Both the position numbers and the translations under genes were made by a program. From Dehalococcoidia bacterium (GTDB lineage: Bacteria; Chloroflexota; Dehalococcoidia; Lucifugimonadales; UBA3495), in the NCBI GenBank assembly GCA_963664725.1, contig OY761558.1, positions 1,498,224-1,562,223 of the forward strand: 64,000 nt of DNA. The letters are read 5' to 3'. Positions 59,291 to 64,000 of the stretch are shown here, piece by piece; position 1 is the stretch's first letter, and each line of letters starts with the position of its first letter. Below the pieces are notes generated by a model. It was not told the origin of the DNA and made no database searches. It was given only the letters and a program-made list of their open reading frames with translations.

Positions 59291-60088
59291 ATGGATTTAA
59301 CATTCGAACGCGGGGATGCCCAGCGTCCCCGGGGCCATGCCCTGGTCTACTTCCGCGTGGACACGGAGCCGGACAAGCTTTACGCCAGCTACATCGTGGT
59401 CCTGCCGGTGAAGGCCGACTTCGGCAAGTACGTGCCGCCCTTCCTGGCGTCGCACCTGGGCAACCTGCCGCTGAACGATTTTTCCGCCTTTGCCATGCCG
59501 CCGGTGCCGGAAGAGATCAGCGGCCACGGGGAGCTGGAGAGGTTGAGCGACCTGCGGGGAGACGACCTGGTATTCGCCTCCAGCATGTTCTCCTTTGACC
59601 TGCCCCGCATGATGGAGGGCATCACTGACGCCGTCCAGTCCTACTCCGATCTGTGCGCCGATTTCTACGACCGGCAGGGCCTGGCCGGCGCCGCGTCCAC
59701 AGAGGTACTTCCCTCGAGTCCAGCCCGGGAGACCGACACGGAGCCCGAGGATAATTCCTATTCGGTCAACGAGGTCCTGCTCGGCCTGATGAGCGAACGG
59801 GACAAGCTGGCCGAGCTTTCCCGCCTGCTGGGCAAGCTGCAGTTCGCCCAGGAGGGCAGCGACGACAGCATGACGGGAGAGGTAACCGAGGAGATTACCG
59901 CCCTGTCCCGCCACCTGCCCGACGAGTTCCAGGTGCTGAATCTGCTGGCCGCCGCCAGGGAGTCCACGGGGCGAGGCTCGCGCCTGGCCCAGCTATACCT
60001 GGACCGCTGCTTCCGCCTGTCCGACGGGGACACGGCCACCGTATATTCCCTGGAAGCGCAGATAGAGGAGTTGAAGGGGGGGAAATAG
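59291..60088 (+). CDS. hypothetical protein
   Basis: Genome-typical codon usage from MDLTFERG. Confidence 0.75.
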   Translation: MDLTFERGDAQRPRGHALVYFRVDTEPDKLYASYIVVLPVKADFGKYVPPFLASHLGNLPLNDFSAFAMPPVPEEISGHGELERLSDLRGDDLVFASSMFSFDLPRMMEGITDAVQSYSDLCADFYDRQGLAGAASTEVLPSSPARETDTEPEDNSYSVNEVLLGLMSERDKLAELSRLLGKLQFAQEGSDDSMTGEVTEEITALSRHLPDEFQVLNLLAAARESTGRGSRLAQLYLDRCFRLSDGDTATVYSLEAQIEELKGGK

Positions 60089-60090
60089 GG

Positions 60091-61401
60091 ATGTTAAAGC
60101 GAATTCATATCAAGGGGTACAAGTCCCTGGAGGATTTGGACGTAACCCTGTCCCCGTTGACGCTCTTATTCGGCCCCAACGCATCGGGAAAGAGTAATTT
60201 CCTGGATGCGTTACAGTTGCTTTCCCGAATGGCGACCAGTAGAACTCTGCGAGAAGCATTTGACCCTCCCTACCGAGGAAAGCCTCTTGAGTCCTTTGCT
60301 ATGGGCGAAGGAGGGATTCCGGGCCTGCTGAAAAGAGAGACTCTGTCCTTTTCCATTGAGGCAGATTTGGAATTGTCTGATGCAGTAGTTTCGACGGTAA
60401 ATCGGGAGATACAGGAAATGCGCCGACCCAGTGGTGACAACCGTAATCAAGAAGGGGGAAATACGCCGGGTAGGGTTCGCGAACGAGCCCTACGTTATAG
60501 GGTCGAAATAGAGATGGTGCCCCAATCAGGGCTCTTGAGAGTAAGCGACGAATACTTAGCCGCATTAAACGCAAGGGGAGAACCTACAGGCAGTCGCAGG
60601 CCATTCCTTGGCCCCGAAGGCGACAAGCTTCGGTTGCGTTTTGAAGGACAGGCTCATCCTACAGACTATGACAAATATTTGGACCATACTGTACTTTCTA
60701 TGCCCCATTATCCACCCCATTACCCGCACTTGACGGCCGCCCGGCGTGAGCTTGAAAGCTGGTTATTCTTCTATTTTGAACCAAGGGAACGTATGCGAGC
60801 GACAGGTCCAGTAAAGGAAGTACGTCACGTAGGGCTGATGGGTGAAGAACTGGCGGCGCACTTGAATACTCTGAAGGCAAACAACCCTCGGCAGTTTGAA
60901 GCCATCGAAAAGGGTCTACACTTACTGCTGCCAAATGCCGAAGGTATTCAGGTAGAAGTTACCAATTTAGGGGAAGTGGAATTGTCCCTGAAAGAAAATA
61001 ACGTCGCAGTGCCTGCAAGGGTGCTGTCTGAGGGAACACTAAGGCTGTTGGGGCTACTGGCCCTGGCCGGTTCCGAAGAACCTCCTTCTTTGGTAGGCTT
61101 TGAAGAGCCAGAGAACGGCGTTCACCCCGCCAAAATAGACCTTATAGCAGAGTTCTTGAGAACGCGGCAAATTCTTGGTTCCACCCAGTACATAGTTACA
61201 ACTCATTCGCCACGATTGCTAGATACAATGTCACCGGAATATCTTTATTCGGCCCACCGCAAGAATCGAATAACACACATAAATCCATTAAGAGAACTGG
61301 ACCCCTTGTGGAAAAGGTTGAGTATCCGGGAATCATTGGAAGATGAGGAGCCGGGGCTCACAATATCCCAAATGATTATCAGGGGCGATTTCGATGGTTG
61401 A
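60091..61401 (+). CDS. ABC-type (AAA_21-like) ATPase
   Basis: GPNASGKS, LSEGT, FEEPENGVHP, TTHSP. Confidence 0.92.
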   Translation: MLKRIHIKGYKSLEDLDVTLSPLTLLFGPNASGKSNFLDALQLLSRMATSRTLREAFDPPYRGKPLESFAMGEGGIPGLLKRETLSFSIEADLELSDAVVSTVNREIQEMRRPSGDNRNQEGGNTPGRVRERALRYRVEIEMVPQSGLLRVSDEYLAALNARGEPTGSRRPFLGPEGDKLRLRFEGQAHPTDYDKYLDHTVLSMPHYPPHYPHLTAARRELESWLFFYFEPRERMRATGPVKEVRHVGLMGEELAAHLNTLKANNPRQFEAIEKGLHLLLPNAEGIQVEVTNLGEVELSLKENNVAVPARVLSEGTLRLLGLLALAGSEEPPSLVGFEEPENGVHPAKIDLIAEFLRTRQILGSTQYIVTTHSPRLLDTMSPEYLYSAHRKNRITHINPLRELDPLWKRLSIRESLEDEEPGLTISQMIIRGDFDG

Positions 61402-61981
61402 GATAGCCCTATTCGGAGAAGATTACGCTCACCGAACGGTGGTTGGAGCATTAACGGAACGAATCGCCAGCGAATTGGGTATAGAAGTTGAGCTCAAGTG
61501 GAAAACCGCAGTAGGTGGGCACGGAAGGATGGTAAGGGAACTCCGCCTATATTTGCGAGAGCTGGAGTTATTGGCCGGTCCATACCCTGAATTGATTGTC
61601 GCAGCGACCGACGCAAATTGCCGTGGGCAAAACGAGCGCCGGATGGATTTTCAAGAACTTAGTAGTCCTCGTCCTCTTGCCTTGGCTATTCCCGACCCCC
61701 ACATTGAACGATGGTTATTGCTGGATGGTTCAGCATTCCGGAACGTATTTGGTAAAGGATGTAACCTGCCTCCATATAAATGTGGGCGAGGAGAATACAA
61801 GGAGCTATTAGCCCGAAACATTAGGGAGGCCGACATAATAACAACCATTGGTGGAATTGAATTCGCTGCTGACCTAATTCGAGCTATGGACATTGAACGG
61901 GCAGCCCGGGCGGATGGTTCTCTAGAACGTTTTGTGTCCGACCTCCGTCAACGTCTCCTCCAGATTCAAGGTGTATCCTGA
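61394..61981 (+). CDS. DUF4276/TOPRIM-like partner protein
   Basis: LFGED..H, ATDAN, IPDPHIERWLL; overlaps the ATPase stop by 8 nt. Confidence 0.75.
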   Translation: MVEIALFGEDYAHRTVVGALTERIASELGIEVELKWKTAVGGHGRMVRELRLYLRELELLAGPYPELIVAATDANCRGQNERRMDFQELSSPRPLALAIPDPHIERWLLLDGSAFRNVFGKGCNLPPYKCGRGEYKELLARNIREADIITTIGGIEFAADLIRAMDIERAARADGSLERFVSDLRQRLLQIQGVS

Positions 61982-62040
61982 TAAAGCATTCAGGTATGTA
62001 TCAGTATTGACTTTGAAGGAGCTGAATTATCCAAACACTA

Positions 62041-62067
62041 ACTCCCCGCCCGTTACGGGCGGGGAGT
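62041..62067. terminator. hairpin between convergent genes
   Basis: actccccgcccg-tta-cgggcggggagt. Confidence 0.75.
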
Positions 62068-62102
62068 AAATCTTGATAACCGAATATTGGCAGTGGGCTG
62101 CC

Positions 62103-62969
62103 CTAGAAGGCGAAGCTGTCCATCAAGTCTTCAACGGAGCGCTGGGGGGCGCGGCCCCTCACTTCCTGCAGGCGCTGTTCGAGCGAAGGCCGTTCTTCAT
62201 CCCGGTAAATCACGCCCATGGGAACACCGCGGCGGTGAATCAGGTCGAAGGCTGCCCCCCGGTCGGAAACATCGTGATCTTCGGGGACGTCATAGATCAG
62301 GGGCTCAATGCCCTTGCGGACGTTGCCCTTCATCAACTCGAAAGTGTCGTTGTAGGTCGTGCAAGGGGACTGGACGTGGATCATAGCAAAGCCTTCGTGA
62401 TCCATGCCCTGGCCAATCAGCTTGGCCAATTCCCTGGGCTGGCCGGAAAAGCCAGACGCTATGAAGGAGGCGCCCAGGGTCAAATACAGTTCCAGGGGAT
62501 CAGCTTCCGCTTCAATCTTTCCGTAGGGGGTAGAACTGGTAACCGTGCCCAACTGGGTTGTGGGTGAACTCTGGCCCTTGGTCAGGCCATAAACCCCGTT
62601 GTCCATCACCACGGCGCAGATGTTGAGGTTGCGGGCGGCCTGGGGACCGATATGCTCCCCGCCAATGCTCAGGAAGTCGCCGTCGCCGGCCACCACAACT
62701 ACGTTCAACTCCGGACGAGCCATCTTCACGCCCATGGCGACTGGCAGCGTCCGGCCATGAATCCCGTGGAATCCGTAAGGCTGCTGGCCTTCCAGCAGGT
62801 GGACCAGGTTGCCGGAGCAACCGATCCCGGCCACCACCACGTTGTTTTCAATGGGCTTGCCGGTCTCTTCCAACCGGTTAATCATGGCCATTTCCAACGA
62901 CCGGCGCACGCCGAAGTCGCCGCAGCCGGGGCACCATTTGAAATCGTATTCGGGATTCTTCTTGCTCAT
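62103..62969 (-). CDS. 2-oxoacid:ferredoxin oxidoreductase beta subunit
   Basis: WCPGCGDF, GIGCS, HGR, GDGD, YGLTKGQSSPT. Confidence 0.96.
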   Translation of the reverse strand: MSKKNPEYDFKWCPGCGDFGVRRSLEMAMINRLEETGKPIENNVVVAGIGCSGNLVHLLEGQQPYGFHGIHGRTLPVAMGVKMARPELNVVVVAGDGDFLSIGGEHIGPQAARNLNICAVVMDNGVYGLTKGQSSPTTQLGTVTSSTPYGKIEAEADPLELYLTLGASFIASGFSGQPRELAKLIGQGMDHEGFAMIHVQSPCTTYNDTFELMKGNVRKGIEPLIYDVPEDHDVSDRGAAFDLIHRRGVPMGVIYRDEERPSLEQRLQEVRGRAPQRSVEDLMDSFAF

Positions 62970-64000
62970 GCTCGAACCATCTCCTTGCGATGGGAATTGT
63001 TCATCTCGGCGATACGCGTAACCAGGTCCCGCACCTTGAAGGGCAGGCCAGTGTACTGGGTGATAGACTCGGCCTTGACACCCTGGGACCGGAGAATGCT
63101 GGAGAACTGCCCCTGGTAGTTAAGCTCGGGTACGATAACCAGTTCTTTCTTCCGGAGTTCATCCAGGAGAGCCGGAGGCAGGGGACTAAGCAGCATGGTG
63201 TAGTACCAACCGATGGGAACGCCCTCCTCGCGCAACTGGTTGTAAGCTTCCTGGGTCGGGCCCTTGGAGCCGCCCCAGGGCATCACCACCACGGGTTCAC
63301 CGGCGTTGTCGGCTTCGTACTCGTTCTCTTCCAGCAACTTGAGCTTGCTGAACCGCCGCTTGGTCATCTGGATGTGACGGCTGGCCAGGTGGGTGGTGTC
63401 ACCCATCTCGTCGTGCTCGCTGCCGTTGGCCACGTAGGCGCCGGGGGCGCCGGGCAGGGGCATGGGGGAAAGTTCGTTGCCCTGGTATCGGTTATAGCCG
63501 TTATTGCCTTCGTAGACCAGCCTGCGTTCCGGCTTGACCTTGGTGAGGTCGGGACGCTCAATGTTCTGCACCCGCTCGGCCAGCGCCATTTCGGTCATCA
63601 GGATGACCGGGCCCTGGTAACGCTCCGCCCAGTTCAGGGCCTTGACCGCGCCATGGAAGCATTCTTCCACCGTGCCGACGGCAATAACCGGCAACTTGAC
63701 GTCGCCGTGGGCCGGGTACATGCAGGCCAGCAGGTCAGACTGCTCCGTCTTGGTGGGCAGTCCGGTAGCGGGGCCACCCCGCTGCACGTCAACCACCACC
63801 AGGGGAATCTCGGCCATCCAGCCCAGGCCCAGACCCTCACTCATCAGCGAGAAGCCAGGACCCGCCGTGGCGGTCATAGCCTTCTTGCCGGCATAGCCGC
63901 CACCCAAAAGGGCGGTAATGGATTCAATCTCGGAGCTTACCTGGTAGGCAAACTTGCCCTCGCCGACCAGGTTGCGTTCCATAAATACCAGAATAGTTGT
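62966..64000 (-). CDS. 2-oxoacid:ferredoxin oxidoreductase alpha subunit (5' truncated by the window)
   Basis: TAGPGFSLMSE, QRGGPATGLPTKTEQSD, PELNYQGQ; frame open to the window edge. Confidence 0.95.
   Translation of the reverse strand, partial: TTILVFMERNLVGEGKFAYQVSSEIESITALLGGGYAGKKAMTATAGPGFSLMSEGLGLGWMAEIPLVVVDVQRGGPATGLPTKTEQSDLLACMYPAHGDVKLPVIAVGTVEECFHGAVKALNWAERYQGPVILMTEMALAERVQNIERPDLTKVKPERRLVYEGNNGYNRYQGNELSPMPLPGAPGAYVANGSEHDEMGDTTHLASRHIQMTKRRFSKLKLLEENEYEADNAGEPVVVMPWGGSKGPTQEAYNQLREEGVPIGWYYTMLLSPLPPALLDELRKKELVIVPELNYQGQFSSILRSQGVKAESITQYTGLPFKVRDLVTRIAEMNNSHRKEMVRA

Overview
A GC-rich chromosomal segment. Gene content (luciferase-like monooxygenase, enolase-superfamily and MDR enzymes, DUF1800/DUF1501, CoA-transferase, hspR-grpE-dnaK) and dense intergenic palindromic repeats suggest Chloroflexota Dehalococcoidia (SAR202-like, possibly host-associated); this is inference, not a database result. 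Most of the window is housekeeping or metabolic (tlyA, metF, acpS, nnr, argF, der, plsY, two moeA, selD, grpE, dnaK, dcd, acuC-like, 2-oxoacid:ferredoxin oxidoreductase). Small accessory modules are interspersed (HicBA, PemK/MazF pair, Uma2, ABC-ATPase plus TOPRIM-like pair). The main novelty candidate is at 1-2420: a 111-bp core duplicated at 104/111 identity inside a larger structured plus-strand leader. One copy precedes a double zinc-ribbon microprotein and the other a strongly divergent sigma-70-family factor lacking the WW melting dyad. Two selenoproteins are hidden by in-frame UGA, each with a SECIS-like hairpin: SelD and a stand-alone GrdB/PrdB-like protein. An orphan ORF with an HxH motif sits inside GTAG-REP arrays, and several nested REP/MITE-like families occur. 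I recognised no tRNA, rRNA, CRISPR array or intact transposase. All product calls come from reading motifs by eye.
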